Of a stretch of DNA of 64,000 nt, positions 22,017-35,540 are shown piece by piece (within the stretch, counting starts at the first letter, position 1; each line of letters starts with the position of its first letter). Location of the stretch: positions 26,416,848-26,480,847 of the forward strand of contig CM120643.1 of assembly GCA_051362555.1 (NCBI GenBank), given 5' to 3'. This stretch comes from Lingula anatina. Taxonomy: Eukaryota > Animalia > Brachiopoda. The notes under the pieces are model-generated. The model was not told the origin of the DNA. It was given only the letters and a program-made list of their open reading frames with translations, and ran no database searches. A program made the position numbers and the translations under genes.

Positions 22017-22879
22017 TATGTAACACCGTAAACACGATAAGTGAAAAACTGTATTACATTTTGGCTTGAAACTTACAGTACTGATGAATATTCATAATAC
22101 GCCGGTTAAGTTCGAAAATCAGCATGATCGGGTAATTTTAAGGGAAGTTATGCTTTTTTTCACTTTTTTCAGCATATATGCAACACCGTAAACACGATAA
22201 GTGAAAAACTGTATTACATTTTGGCTTGAAACTTACAGTACTGATGAATATTCATAATACGCCGGTTAAGTTCGAAAATCAGCATGATCGGGTAATTTTT
22301 AGGGAAGTTATGCTTTTTTTTTTCACTTTTTTCAGCATATATGCAATACCGTAAACACAATATAAGAAAAACAGATTGGCCAATTGTCATTGTACTCACA
22401 GGAGTGGTCAATCTTACTAAAATGCAGGTTGAGTTCAAAAATCAGTATAATCGGGCCATTATTTTAGGAGTTATGCTGTTTTTTCACATTTCCTCAGATT
22501 CAATTCTTAGGCATGTTAACAGTCTCATAATTGAACTAATAAGAAATGTAAAAGTGTTTGTTTGATATTTCCTGCATCTTTACAACATTTTTAGCTGATT
22601 ATGTAAAAATGATGGTAAACTTGTTATTGTGTATTGTGTAATAAAGTGTCAAAAATGGAAATAAACTCATATCATTGCAGTTTGTCAGATGCATTCATCC
22701 ACTATGTTCAGAATCTCAGAATGGAGGAAGTTGGACATTTAACACTGTTCTATTGATACTTTTCCCATCTCATCAATTTTCTTCATTGGTCATATAAAAA
22801 TGGCAGTAAACTGTTTATTTTGTTTTATGTTAAAATAGTGTTAAAAATGGAAATAAACCCATTTCAGAACAGTGCTGTC

Positions 22880-24700
22880 TTGTTTACATTTTTGCATTTT
22901 CAATATGTGACTTTAAAGTTCCATGGGCCTGAAGACTTATGCTAGTCACATTTTCTGAATAACCATGATACTAATATTTTATAATTAAAAATTGATGGTC
23001 ATTATGCTGCAAAACATTATGTAATGTTGCATCAAAATTTGAAGAAACCCCTATTTTGGGCACTGCTCCCATGATGACCATTTAAGGAAAATCATGTCAA
23101 TTACTGTTCTCAAACTTACAGGAAAGAAACATGGGTCTAAAATATAGCTTCAGTAGACAATGCAGTCTGTTTGGTAAATTTTTCTGGCAATTAAACAGTT
23201 TTTTGTGAAAATTTAATTTTTTACTTATTGGCATTTCCAAGGTGTGACTTAGAACCTCCACGGGCTTGAAGACCCATGCTAGTCACATTTTCTTAAAATC
23301 CATGACAGGTATAATGTATTATGAAAAATGGATGGTCATTATGCTGTAAAACATTATGTAATATTGCATCAAAATTTGAAGAAACCCCTATTTTGGGCAC
23401 TGCTCCCATGATGACCATTTAAGGAAAGTCATGTCACTTACTGTTCTCAAACTTACAGGAAAGAAACATGGGACTAAAATACAGCTTCAGTAGGCAATGC
23501 AGTCTGTTTGGTAAATTTTTCTGGTAGTTAAGCACTTTTTTTGTGAAAATTTAATTTTTCACATATTGGCATTTTCAATGTATGACTTTGAAGTTCCGTG
23601 ATCCTGAAGACCTTTGCTTGTCACATTTTCTGAATATGCGTTATACTAATATTTTATAATTAAAAATTGATGGTCATTATGCTGTTAAACATTATGTAAT
23701 GTTGCATCAAAATTTGAAGAAACCCCTGTTTTGGGCACTGCTCCCATGATGACCATTTGAGGAAAATCGTGTCAATTACTGTTCTCAAACTTACAGGAAA
23801 GAAACATGGGTCTAAAATACAGCTTCAGTAGGCAATGCAGTCTTTTGGTGAATTTTTCTGGCAATTAAACAGTTTTTTGTGAAAATGTAATTTTTCACAT
23901 ATTGGCATTTCCAAGGTGTGACTTAGAACCTCCACGGGCTTGAAGACCCATGCTAGTCACATTTTCTGAAAATTCATGACACTTACGTATATTTTATTAT
24001 TAAAAATCGATGGTCATTATGCCGTTAAGCATTATGTAATGTTGCATCAAAATAGAAGAAAACACAATTTTGGGTGCTGCTGCCTTGATGACCATTATGG
24101 GAAAACTGTGTTACTTATGACTGTCAAACTTTCAAAAAAGAAACACAGGACTAAAATGCAGCCTGAGTTGGAAAAGCAGTCTAATTGGCTTCTTTTTCTG
24201 GAAGCTGTACATTTTAGTGTAATATTCATTATCTTTTTGGCATATTCATTGTGGGACTCAGAGCTCCCATGGACATGAAGCCGAATGGTAATCATATTTT
24301 CTACATGTCCATCCTATTTATAGTCAATAAACAAAAATTGGTGATAATTATTCTCTAATTTATTATGTAATGTTACATCAAAATTGACAACAATCTTTTT
24401 GCACTGCTACTGCAAACATTATGAAAAGAAAACTGTGCTACTTATTATCATTTTTAACTTACAAGTACGATTTTTAGGATTGGCCTTCAGCTCATATGAG
24501 AAAACCAGCTCTATTGGATTATCATTTTTATTGAATTTATGCATTTTTTGTGAAATTTTCATTTTTCTCATTCTGGCACTTTCTAAGTATAAACTTGAAC
24601 TCCGATGGGCCTGAAGCCTTATGCTTTTAATTTCGTCTGTGTTACCTGTTGTGCATAAGTTGATGTTGACTGTGCAGTTAAACATAACGTATTATTGCAT
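22880..24700 (+). repeat. ~338-bp diverged tandem repeat with ~675-bp dimeric higher-order structure
   Basis: GATGGTCATTATGC at 22994, 23331, 23669 and 24009, with weaker copies beyond; alternate units share diagnostic blocks. Confidence 0.85.
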
Positions 24701-24997
24701 CAGGATTGGTAGTCTCCTATTTTGGGCATTATGGTTTTGTGCTTTTCTTAAAGTGTGACTTATGGGCCTAAAGACCTTTGAGTGGGTCAGTCTGTAAATT
24801 ACCCTTGGGTATCACTAGATTAATTTCAGAGTTATAAAGTCATTTGCCTTAATAGGCCATTAAATGAGATTACATAAAGCACACTTGTTGATATTTCCCT
24901 GTAAACTCCCAAAGGTAAAGCTCTCTGCTAGATTAATAATAAGGAAGCAGTGATAATTATGCAGGTAAATTTTGAATAATATTGCAAATAAGTTTTA

Positions 24998-25001
<4 letters not shown>

Positions 25002-25059
<58 letters not shown>
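25002..25059. repeat. (TA)n microsatellite
   Basis: Direct reading. Confidence 0.95.
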
Positions 25060-25061
<2 letters not shown>

Positions 25062-25103
25062 AACTGGAACATTAAAAGTTTGAATAGCATCTTCATTGGA
25101 ATT

Positions 25104-25343
25104 ATATTTACCTCAAGCTCTGCCAAGGAGGTCATATTTTCACCCCTGTTTGTCTGTCATCCACATAACACAAAAAGTTATGGACTGATTTTGCAGAAAT
25201 TTTCAGGAACTGTCGGAAGTGGGCCAAAGAGGACAATGATTAATTTTTGGTGGTGGTCTGGAACAATAATCAATCAATTATCAATAATAATCAACAATTG
25301 CTGCCTTGGCAGAGGTCTGCACTCTCAAAGTGCTTTTCTAGCT
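25104..25343 (+). mobile_element. Short Helentron/HINE-type non-autonomous element
   Basis: 5' TTACCTC..CTCTGCCAAGGAGGT + GTTTGTCTGTC; 3' inverted copy CCTTGGCAGAGGT, hairpin GCACTCTCAAAGTGC, terminal CTAG. Confidence 0.7.
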
Positions 25344-26813
25344 TTGTTATGTTTTCCTTTATAATTTTTTCTCAAACACTTGCATTTGTGACTTTTAACT
25401 CTCATCTGCCTGGGGCTCTGCACATTTTCTGTATTTCCACATAAGCAGTTGTATTGTTTTTTATGTCTTTAAACATTATGTAATATTATTTTATGCACTG
25501 TCATCATTTCTAAATATTGAGAGTTTCATAATGTGAATTTGAACTCTCATGGTCCTGAAACTGTAATTTTATTGAAGGGGTGGACCATCTTCTGGGTCTT
25601 CCTGAAGACAGTCAGGTTATTAAGTTTATATTGACTGGTATCTATTTTTTTCTGTTGGAAGACCATCAAAATGGAGGATGGATCAACATAGATACTTTGT
25701 AATACTGTCAGAAAATATCTCTGGGTCCGCTCCTGTTATTGACCATGTTACCTGTTGTGCAAGATTAAAATTCAGCGTTGACTGACAGTGCTATTATAAG
25801 CATTATTTATTATTGCATCAAAATTGACAAAATTACCTTTTTGCATCTTTATTTTCTGTTTTTTGTCTGTACATTTGACAGCTTTGCTGCCTTGTTTTCT
25901 TATTTTATTTATTTATTTATTTATTTTTTTTTTTTTTAGAAAGTTTGCTTTTTTTCTAATAATCTCTTAAGAGATTATTAAAGACTATAGCCATCGATGG
26001 AGGTCATATGGTCGAATGGCAAGCACAGATTTTAGAATAATTGCTTTAACTGCCATTTTTGGTGGTGAAATAGAATATATTATATTTCCTTGAGTTGTTT
26101 ACAATGTTTTTATTGTGAAATATAGATTTCACACGACGAGTTGTTATCCCTGTAATGTTACATGTTGCGTAACTTCCGGTACCGCCATCATCGTCAGCTA
26201 ATTGCATCCAAAGAAAAAAGTTTGAAATAATATCAAAGACGTCTTTTTGGGTGTTTTATTTTTTAGAACTACGCCAATATTCTACAAGTATTTGAATCAC
26301 ATTTTCTTTTATGACGACATTTTTGACGACAGTTTCGTGCATATAGGATTCTTCGGTGTAGAAGTTAAACGATCTAACACATTGCTTGTTAGATCTTTAA
26401 TTAACAGACGGTATTTTTTATGCAAATTTCTACTATTTTAACTTTATTACCAGATAGATCCCAGACAAAACTACTGAAAAAATTACGATCTATAAACCCG
26501 TTTTAGACCTCTTCATTTTTCATTTTTACCGTTACGAATGGAATGCTCAACTTCCCATCTCCATTCCGAGAATTCACCAAAAAGAAAATTAAAACGCAAA
26601 AAAAAAAAAATGGTTTATAGATCGTAAAATTTCAATGGTTAATGATGTGTAAAAAATTGGTGATTAAGGAAAAAATAATGAAATTACCACCAAAATTAAA
26701 TTATTTCCATATTAAGAACTAACGCAGCATTAAATTTTAATGCTCACAGTTTTCCCATTTGTACATGAAGTTATTTTGTTTTCAATATAATTAAGCGGTG
26801 ATCACCCAGCTCT

Positions 26814-28909
26814 TCAGTAGTAGGTAGAGTGTCCGTAGTAGTGGTTTGGTGCTTTTAAACCGTAAGAGGGCGCTTTGAAACTGCCGTAAGCTGGTGCATT
26901 AAAACTGCCGTAGGATGGCGCTTTAAAACTGGCGTAGGATGGCGCTTTAAAACTGCCGTAAGTTGGCGCTTTGAAACTGCCGTAAGTTGGCGCTTTAAAA
27001 CTGCCGTAAGAAGGAGTGCCGTAAGGGTCGCCGTGATAAGATGGCTCTGAAAGTTGGAAATAAAACGAAGTAAAAATTTCACCAAAAACAAAGGTTATAG
27101 GTAAATGCTTTGAAAACCATGAAGATACCATAAAGATAGTTGAAGTTTGGCTAATAAACTCGCCACCTGTACTTTCAAGTGAATGTTACACTTACCGATT
27201 GGAGCGTGGCTTTGGAAGGCTCCTTTTCCGACGTCCTTGGCTGCAAGGAAAGCGAAGAAAAACTTACTTCTAATATGTTGCAGTAAAACAAGGATTTTGT
27301 AAATATGAAAAATAATAAAATTTTAGGAATAAATAAAAATGATTGTGGGAAAATGGAAAAAAGACTATGTTAGATCACGTTTCAGTTAAACAATTCTGCT
27401 TATAAAAACATTAAAAATATGGGAGCATATTGAGATCCGCGGTATGGAGAAACGTCGTAACATAAAATCCTTCATCAGTCTCCGGTAGATTTTATCTTAA
27501 AACGATTATCATAACTATATCTTACGAATAATGTCAAAAGCGTCGACAACAAGAAAGATGACTTTAACCAACAATTTATTTTCCCCATGATGGTCTCATC
27601 GCGTCGACCATCTGTGACTTTGCTTCCGATATTGGTGCTGGCGTTTAGAGCGTAACAGACCGGACATGCGTCCTTTGACAATACTGCGCAATGTATAAAA
27701 TAATTTAAACAGTTACAGATTAAAATCAAATATTTTGTGTATACTCACGTGCTGGATATCCGGCGTTCCGCTCAACTGAAAGAATGAAACAAATCACAAT
27801 TAAATTGCATCATCTTCCACAGACGCCAAATTATATTAAAGATTTTTATAATACAATTAGAGTCGTCTGAATTGAGAAAAAAATACTCTCTAAAATTGAG
27901 AGTTAAAGTTCGTTATTAAATAATGTTTTTCTCTACATCAGGTCTGAAACAATTGTTATCCAACTAACGTAACTTTTATAGGAAAATACTTCAAACACAA
28001 ATATGAAAATTTAACCAACGCACTGGAAAAGCTCTTGTACTCTCCTCTCTGAACCTTCCAGAATTCAGTGAATAGTCAAAAGAGTAAACTCAAAATTTTG
28101 TTTCTTTTTCTATCTTTCTTTACTTTGACTTAAATTGTTAATCCGGTTAGGATAAATGCGTTACAGATGACTCCCTTGTGAAAAGAAAGAAAAAAAGAAA
28201 GAAAGAAAGAAATATCATTTTCTACACAAGAAGAAGACTTTCACAGACCTCTCTTACAAATCCCGGCGTAACCTTGTTGTGTTCCCTTCGTGAATCCAAA
28301 CCCGTAGTGACTGGCCATAGAATAGCTGTTATGGGTTTTGGCGGGAGCCTGGTAAATGCACTTGTAATCTATGGTATTCATTCGATTAAAACCGCACAGA
28401 AACTGCGTCATCAGTTGCAGGAAGTTGGCGACAAATTGGATGATAGTCAAAGTGGCGCCAGTGACCCCTGGCGGTGGAAAGATGGAGTCCGAGGACTGGA
28501 CGATGCCCGGGAACAGGGTATTCATGACGGAGAGAAGAGGGAAACAGTCCAAGTTCCGGATGTTACAGTCGCCGTCGGTGAAGCACGTGCTTCCCTCCAC
28601 TGCAAATGGAAGGAGAATGTGTTAAGTGAGATCGTACTCATTGCGTTTGTTATGACGCAATTTAGAGGCATACAATGCACTTAAAAAAACTGGAAATTTC
28701 AAACTTGGACATAATAACGTTATCATGTCCAAGTTTCAACAATATTCCCTGAATACGCAAGGCATATGCTATCCAAAGCTTCTGTAAAATTATGATTTTT
28801 AAACCAGATCCTGAGTTCAAATTTTCTTTTGTTTTACTTACGAGTAAAATTCAATCGTCATCACCATTATGAGAGTGGCATAATAAGCAGAAACGTATCA
28901 CACACACCC

Positions 28910-28959
<50 letters not shown>

Positions 28960-28960
28960 G

Positions 28961-29024
<64 letters not shown>

Positions 29025-30941
29025 TTTGTCAACTGTCTTAGATGTTGTGTACTTTTGATGTTGTGATTAAGGAGAAAGTTTAAAATATTCCAGGTTTGTT
29101 TGTTTGTTTTTTTTTTCATAAAGGTCAAACATTCAATGATACGTATGCCTTAATGTGTTTAGTGTGATGAATGCATCTACAGATTGTTAGTGTTGTGAAA
29201 TGTGAAATGCACTGATGATAATTAATACAGTACACCTTTATTTTTGAACTTGTGATTTTGATTGAGAAGTTTCCATGAGGCTATTTGATTTGACTGTTGA
29301 AGTATTAACATTTTAAAATAAATAATATGTACATGTATACATATACCAGTGACTGCATGAAAAAAATTATACTAATGATAGTACCAAGAAGAAGGAGGAG
29401 ATGAAAAATACACAGCTAATCTAAAGAATATACATTTAAAAATCTGTCATGAGTTCGTAAACTAACAGATTTTACTTTAGAGCATGTTTATGATAAAAAT
29501 GCAATAAACAGAATAAAAACTGAGCTAAAATTTAAACTAACGAGATAAAAAGCTTAGTTTTTTTATACTAGTTAAGATTGATAATTCTAAAGGTAACTGG
29601 TTAAATGGGTGAGAGAGCAAATGACTGAACGAATGAAATTCACTCACCAGGAACGCACTCAAACCTCCGTCTGGCGAGTAGCGCAGTAGAAGACGCCATG
29701 CTCACCGCGGAATAGCCCGGCAAACAGGAGCAAACTCTGGTACCCGGCAACGTCTGGCCAAGAGATAAAATATAACAAATGCACAACGACAATGAATATT
29801 TTAGATATCTGTTTATCCTTTATATGAAAAAATCAATATTTCTTTTGCAATTTTCAGTTATATCTCTTTTATCTCCAACGTATGCTTATATATAACCATT
29901 GATACAATTGCAATTTTTTAGTTCAAAATATTCCAGTTCTTATTGTCAGGGAAAATCACCAATCTCTGTTCTCACAACTAGGCGGACTCAAAAACTATAA
30001 TTTAGAAGTCAGGAATGGATTTTTGGAAGGTAATTCTGCGGGCGGTTTTGGCTATTGTATCAACATCATCATTATCTTTATCATTGATTGATAATGATTT
30101 AAAATAAAAAATGAACTACCTCCAGCACTCCGCCTTTCTTCTCGATCATTCCAAAAGGAACTCCGTTCACATTCCCTACACACGCCTCGCAGCTGGAGTA
30201 CTTAGCAATGCAGATATCCTGCTGGGGGTCGCACGTTTCCATAAGACCTGATAGAATCATACCTAGCTTATTAAACTGTGGCCGGTTTTACAGAAAAACT
30301 TTTTAAAATTTAGCAGGAAATTTTGTATAGACCTAAAATTTGGTGTAGTTCAGTTCAAAATGAATCTATGGTTTTTAGCTTATTGGGAAAGTGTTGGTTT
30401 GAAACATTCGGCATGCCTCTTAAAATAATACAGAGGTAGTATTTTTCTTTAAATGATTTATGTTTGGTAATAGTTTACTACTTTTTTGGTCTTAAAGTTA
30501 ACACCAACTATAGGGCTTACGTACTTGTATGAAACAGGCACAGTAAGCTCTGATGATCTCAAAGAGAATCTCAAAGGCCGCTTACCTCGTCTTTTTTTTC
30601 AATTTTAAGAAAGGCTTTGCCAACAACATTTTAAATATGAGTATTATACACGAGAGACGCGAGGAGAAGTAAAGTTTTATCAGTAATGGTTTTACTCTCA
30701 GAAGTGGCAGCAGTCCATTAGTATCAATAGATTGATATTACTTGGATCTCTTAGACCAAAATTATTTGGTCGACTTAACGTAGTTGCACATGTGAGCCGT
30801 ATAAATTAATAAAAATTAAGATTATTTCGTGAAACAAGGTCTGGATGCTGTATGACACTTACGTCTTTCCGCTCCTTCCGTGCAGCGTCCGAATAAACAG
30901 ACGACCAGGACAAGTGGCGTGAAATATTGGGCGAGAAACAT
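26814..30941 (-). CDS. Uncharacterised secreted Cys-rich protein with a C-terminal Tyr/Gly/Lys repeat tail (7 coding exons)
   Basis: Phase-consistent GT-AG exons (-): 30941-30863 (MFLAQYFTPLVLVVCLFGRCTEGAER, signal-peptide-like), 30247-30120, 29753-29648, 28599-~28250 (donor uncertain), 27775-27749, 27240-27196, 27046-26814 (stop). Confidence 0.8.
26850..27015 (-). repeat. 24-nt coding tandem repeat encoding (P[STA]YGSFKA) x7
   Basis: PSYGSFKA PTYGSFKA PTYGSFKA PSYASFKA PSYGSFNA PAYGSFKA PSYGLKA. Confidence 0.9.
28899..29021. repeat. Compound (CA)n-(TA)n microsatellite
   Basis: Direct reading. Confidence 0.95.
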
Positions 30942-31742
30942 CTGAAATATTAAACATTAACAACGGTCATAGCATAAATTCCATTATTGATAAAAAAGAC
31001 TCTTCATTGTAAACGGTTTGATTAAAACTGTAAATACCGAATGATTACCAGAAATGTTAAAAAATCGTATATCTTGGTTGTTCTCCCATTCTGGAAAACT
31101 TTTTTTTACAGTGGTATAATACAAACTGATAACTCCTTCTCTGTCTCTCTCCATGCCTTTTATACATTTTATCTATCTTTTTATTTGTGCTGTATACACA
31201 ATATACAATTTTCCTTGGATATTCATTTCTCATCATCGGTTTTATCTTCTGCTTTGGCTCGGCTGTTCTACTTCTCTAAGTTTAACATTTACATTACCTT
31301 TTTACTTTATATCAGGAACTTTGAAATATTAATCCTGCTCTGAGCGTCTCCCCTATCCCTTCACGCCGCGCTTTTCCTCTGTGAGAATAAAAAGGACGAT
31401 CTCTCCTTTTCAGCAGTGCTCGGCACTTGAGAGAATACAGTTAACTTCGTAAGTTATCGGAAAAAATATCACCGACTCAACCTGATTGGCTAAAACGCCC
31501 CGTTATTAAAACGTAAGATTACAGTGAAAGTCGTAATTTTATGTCATGTTGGTAAATGTGTATAATTTTATGTATCTTCGCTGTATGGTTGAAAGCTTTC
31601 GACCGCCAATTTTTTTATTTCCTCATATAAAGATGTAATTGTTGTTACTGATAAGAATTCTGAGACTAAATGAAGTCATAACTAATCAGACTGGTTGCAC
31701 CTATACTGATGCTCTCTCTCTCTCTATCTTACCCCTCCCCCA

Positions 31743-31745
<3 letters not shown>

Positions 31746-31797
<52 letters not shown>
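31746..31797. repeat. (CT)n microsatellite
   Basis: Direct reading. Confidence 0.95.
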
Positions 31798-31799
<2 letters not shown>

Positions 31800-34088
31800 C
31801 GCACTGTGTGTGTGCGTGTGCAAGCGTGTTGAAAATGACGTCTTGGGACATTGGACTCATGTTCATGGTTCAATTTTCAAATACTGCTTCAGTCTTTTTT
31901 CATCAGATTTTCCCAAATTCTTTTTTTCCTGCAATACGCCGATAAGGATTGGGTGAAGTCTGAAAAAAAAATACCAAAACGGACGTAGATTTCATAAAAC
32001 TATACCCCTCGCACAGTTTTTTTAATTCTGCATGATTTGTTGTACTTCACAAAATATATCCATAATATTTTAAGAAGATCTTCTTTCTATAAATCTCTAT
32101 AGACCTCTTTTTTCTTTGTTATCAGTGGTTTGGGTAGTGCTTCTTGAACTCCCAAAAGACATAAATATCACATTTCCTCGTTTTTAAACAGATTTATCAA
32201 AGAACAATAATATTTTAAACGGGCAGCCCATCTCAAATATTCATGACGATGAATTACATGGTCGCACACTTCGCGACAATCAAATTTCCTTTTTTTTTCC
32301 AACCAAATGCACATCAGCATTTTGTATAATGCACCATCATACTAAAATCATATGTAGAAACCCATTATTATAATACTGATAAAGAGAAGATTATAGAGGC
32401 GAAGTTGAAGTTTATCATAGTGTTAAATTACTCACTTAAAAATTTTCACCCAGACATATTAATCCATGCTTCAGGTAGTAATTGAAGATAACAACACGAC
32501 CTGACCTCAACTTGACCTTTAAAAACTCAACCTTTCTACAATCTCATTGGTTTTCACTGGCGGAACCAGGTGTTTGGAGGGGGGGGGAGGGGTGCAAGAT
32601 TAATAGATATAGTCTTTGTATAAAACAGCACGCTAGGCTATGAAAGGCACAAGAATGGGGAAAAAATAGCCTGGTTTTTGGTTCGTTTCGCTCGTTTTAC
32701 ATTTTAAGGGGGGGGGGGGGAGGGGTGCCTCCAAAAGTTTTAACTAAAGGGCAGGTATTTCACATTTGCATAAAGAATTGAGCTACTTCTCTGTCATGTG
32801 AGGTAAACATAGAAGATCTCCTATATAGTCTTGGGGATTTCTATGATTGTCAGAGTAGGCACCATGTGGAGACAGTATCTGTATAACCTTCTTGTCGGAA
32901 CGAACCAAACCATTGCGGTTAAACTGGTAATAGACAGGTGAGCGATCTTCATGTATACCACATAAATTACGGGGGTAAAAGACCCAACTTCGTCTTCACG
33001 TTTAGACGAAAATTTTGGTCTACGTCAGTTAAGGATCAATGCGCAGTACATTAGTCCATTAAATAGAGTAACTATAACTCAAAACTTAGGTCCAAAATAG
33101 AGACTCTCTCTCTCTCTCTTTTTTTTTTTTTCGAAAAAAAAAGCAACTCTCTCTTTAAAAAAGTAATCTACATCTCTTAAATGGCAATAAATATAGCCTC
33201 ATTCACATAAAACGATAATATAACGAAAGGACAGCCAGACTTTCTTTAAAGAGCAATACCTTCTATTTTTTCCTTCTTTTTTATGCGAACCCTTTCTTTT
33301 CTCTCTAAGCTTACCCATTTCAGTAGAGCGTATGAAGGTAACAAAAACTGAACGATTCAAAAGATTTCAGAACATTTTAGAAATCTTGATATTGAAGTAC
33401 TTAGGGAATTTGAAATTTTTAATATAAATGTGAATGAAGCGTCAATCAAATCCGATAGCTTTACGTCATCATGTAGGCGATGACCAGTGATGTACTTATC
33501 TGTTGCGAATGCGGTGCTCGCACTGTCACAACTACTGCAGTTTTCACACGCCTGTGCGACAGGAATGACAGTCTGAGTATGATTGGTACAGGCAAATGTT
33601 AGGCGGAGTATTAGGGGTTAGTATATGGGACGAATGTCACATGTACAAACTAATATGGAACCACCTACGGTTCCTAGCGGACTACCATTTCTGTCACACC
33701 GGTTGATATGGCAAAGTGTCCGTGTTTCGCCCTGGGTTTCATAGTTACTTTCTGGAAACTTAAGGAAACTCCACCTTTATCATATAATGGGCATGTCTGT
33801 TCAGTTGATGAAAATTAAGGCACTGTGCTTCTCACTAAATTAAGTTCGCTAATAATGAATAAATGATTTATCTAAAGGTAAATAAAATTGTTGGAATAGG
33901 CGTGTGTAATAATGAGAAAGGGTAGGCGTAGAGAAAACGATAAAACTATTGATAAAAATGGCTCATAATTACTTTTTCTTTGATGACAAGACGTTCGCTT
34001 GAATCCGAAAACCATAAGTATTACATGATAAAATTTTAAAAATCATGTAAGATTTAATAAAAAATAAAGTTTATTCTTATTATGCCAA

Positions 34089-34130
<42 letters not shown>

Positions 34131-35540
34131 AAATGCAAACAATTTTAGGACAAGGACGATGCCGTCATTTCACCGAGCCCAAGAATTTGAGCAATTTCAT
34201 CAACATTATCCCCCACGGGCTCAAAAAATCCAGTAAACAAGGGGGCCTTAAAGAAAATATTGTTCCACCTCTCTGCTGGAGGTTATTTACGAATCCTGTT
34301 AATTGGTGTGTACCTCTGATACCGTTTATCTGCGGCCCGTTACGGTATGGCGGTTTCGTCACTGTAGATTCCAACGCAGGCACCGACTACGATAAAATCC
34401 GAAAAAATGCGCCATTTTATGTTACATCACACAATCTACTCTTCTAAGTCTTGAACGTGGCATTTTTTCAGCTAATTTATGCTTTGTATTGTTTGTTTAT
34501 TGACATAGAGGGGGCATTTTTATGTTGGCATTACGTAACAGTTTTGAATTTTAATGTCATCTAGTTGAAAATAAGGCGACGCGTTTTGTAGACACTCGTT
34601 AGCAAGGTGCTCGGTTTATCTTATCGTATCGCGCCTGTAACGACGAGGTATTGGATCGTCCCCCTCCTCTGAAATCTGTGTCACCCACTCTAGCTGAAGG
34701 ACTTATAAACTGACGTTTGAACACATCGGACGTTTTTCAAGTGACCATCTTGTAGAATTTTATGAAGGATAGATAGAGGGGCGAGAGACGTCGCTGAAAG
34801 GCACTGGACGCACTGGTCAGTTTTAATTAAGGTATGTCAAATGCGTTAATTTGGATACATGTCGTAATTTAAAGCGGGATTAAAGGTTTAAAGTTGGACG
34901 TCCTAATCAAAAGACCTATATGTATTGTATTACTGACGTTTTAGTGTTTGTTAACGGGTGTTATTCAAACTTCCTGATTGTCAAAAAATTATGTGATTTG
35001 CTGTTGATTGAAATTTTTAACGGTTGTTTTCAGACATCTAGTCGGTCGTGGACTTTTCATTAGATGTTATGTGCAAATATCTCTTTGGAACTTTTATTAT
35101 AAAACACGTTACGTAACGCCTCAATAATCACAAGGTCTATTGAGTAATGTGTACGGTCCAAGGATGCACGGTCTACTCTTTCATAAGAGAACGAAACTAT
35201 GCTTTTCCTATGACAGCAGCGCAATCTTCGTTCAAAGTTATTGAATTTTTTCAATCAAATCCCAATAGCAGAGGACGATGATTTTACTTAATTATTTCCT
35301 TTTATATAGGTCAGAGGAGTTACAGCTGTTTACTCCCCCCTTGCCCCGTGACTGCCACTGCCAGTTCAGCAGAGGATTTCTGAAAACAACAACTTCAATA
35401 ATAGGTCAACTTTAGCAGACTCTAGTGAATTTCTGAAAACAACAACCTCCAAAAATAGGTAAAACCTCAGCAGATTCCAGAATTGGTTGGGATATAGGAC
35501 GGACTACACCAGGGATATATTGCCACCGAAATCGTCCCCC

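Larger units (their letters stand above)
16960..22500 (+). repeat. ~160-bp core tandem repeat (about 6 units, split by the LTR insertion)
   Basis: AAACACGATAAGTGAAAA...GGCTTGAAACTTACAG...TTCGAAAATCAGCATGATCGGG at ~16964, 17178, 17338, 22030, 22190, with a diverged copy at ~22353. Confidence 0.9.
16871..25894 (+). mobile_element. Non-autonomous Helentron/HINE-like element with internal tandem arrays (interrupted by an LTR element)
   Basis: 5' TTTT + hairpin ATGTACAGACAC-AGAT-GTGTCTGTACAT + (GTCGCC)n; head duplicated at ~17094; ~160-bp core repeats; 3' inverted subterminal copy TGTCTGTACAT (25864-25874) followed by short hairpin GACAGCTTTGCTGCC and a T-run. Confidence 0.7.

Noticed and set aside
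26475-26634. 16-bp inverted repeat pair (TTACGATCTATAAACC)
   Set aside because: Probably a small MITE remnant; no target duplication or second copy could be established.
28178-28684. 168-aa plus-strand ORF
   Set aside because: Antisense shadow of the minus-strand exon at 28599-~28250; no recognisable motifs.
35366-35480. Short tandem duplication upstream of the DOK-like ATG
   Set aside because: Two imperfect ~55-nt copies with no evident coding or structural consequence.
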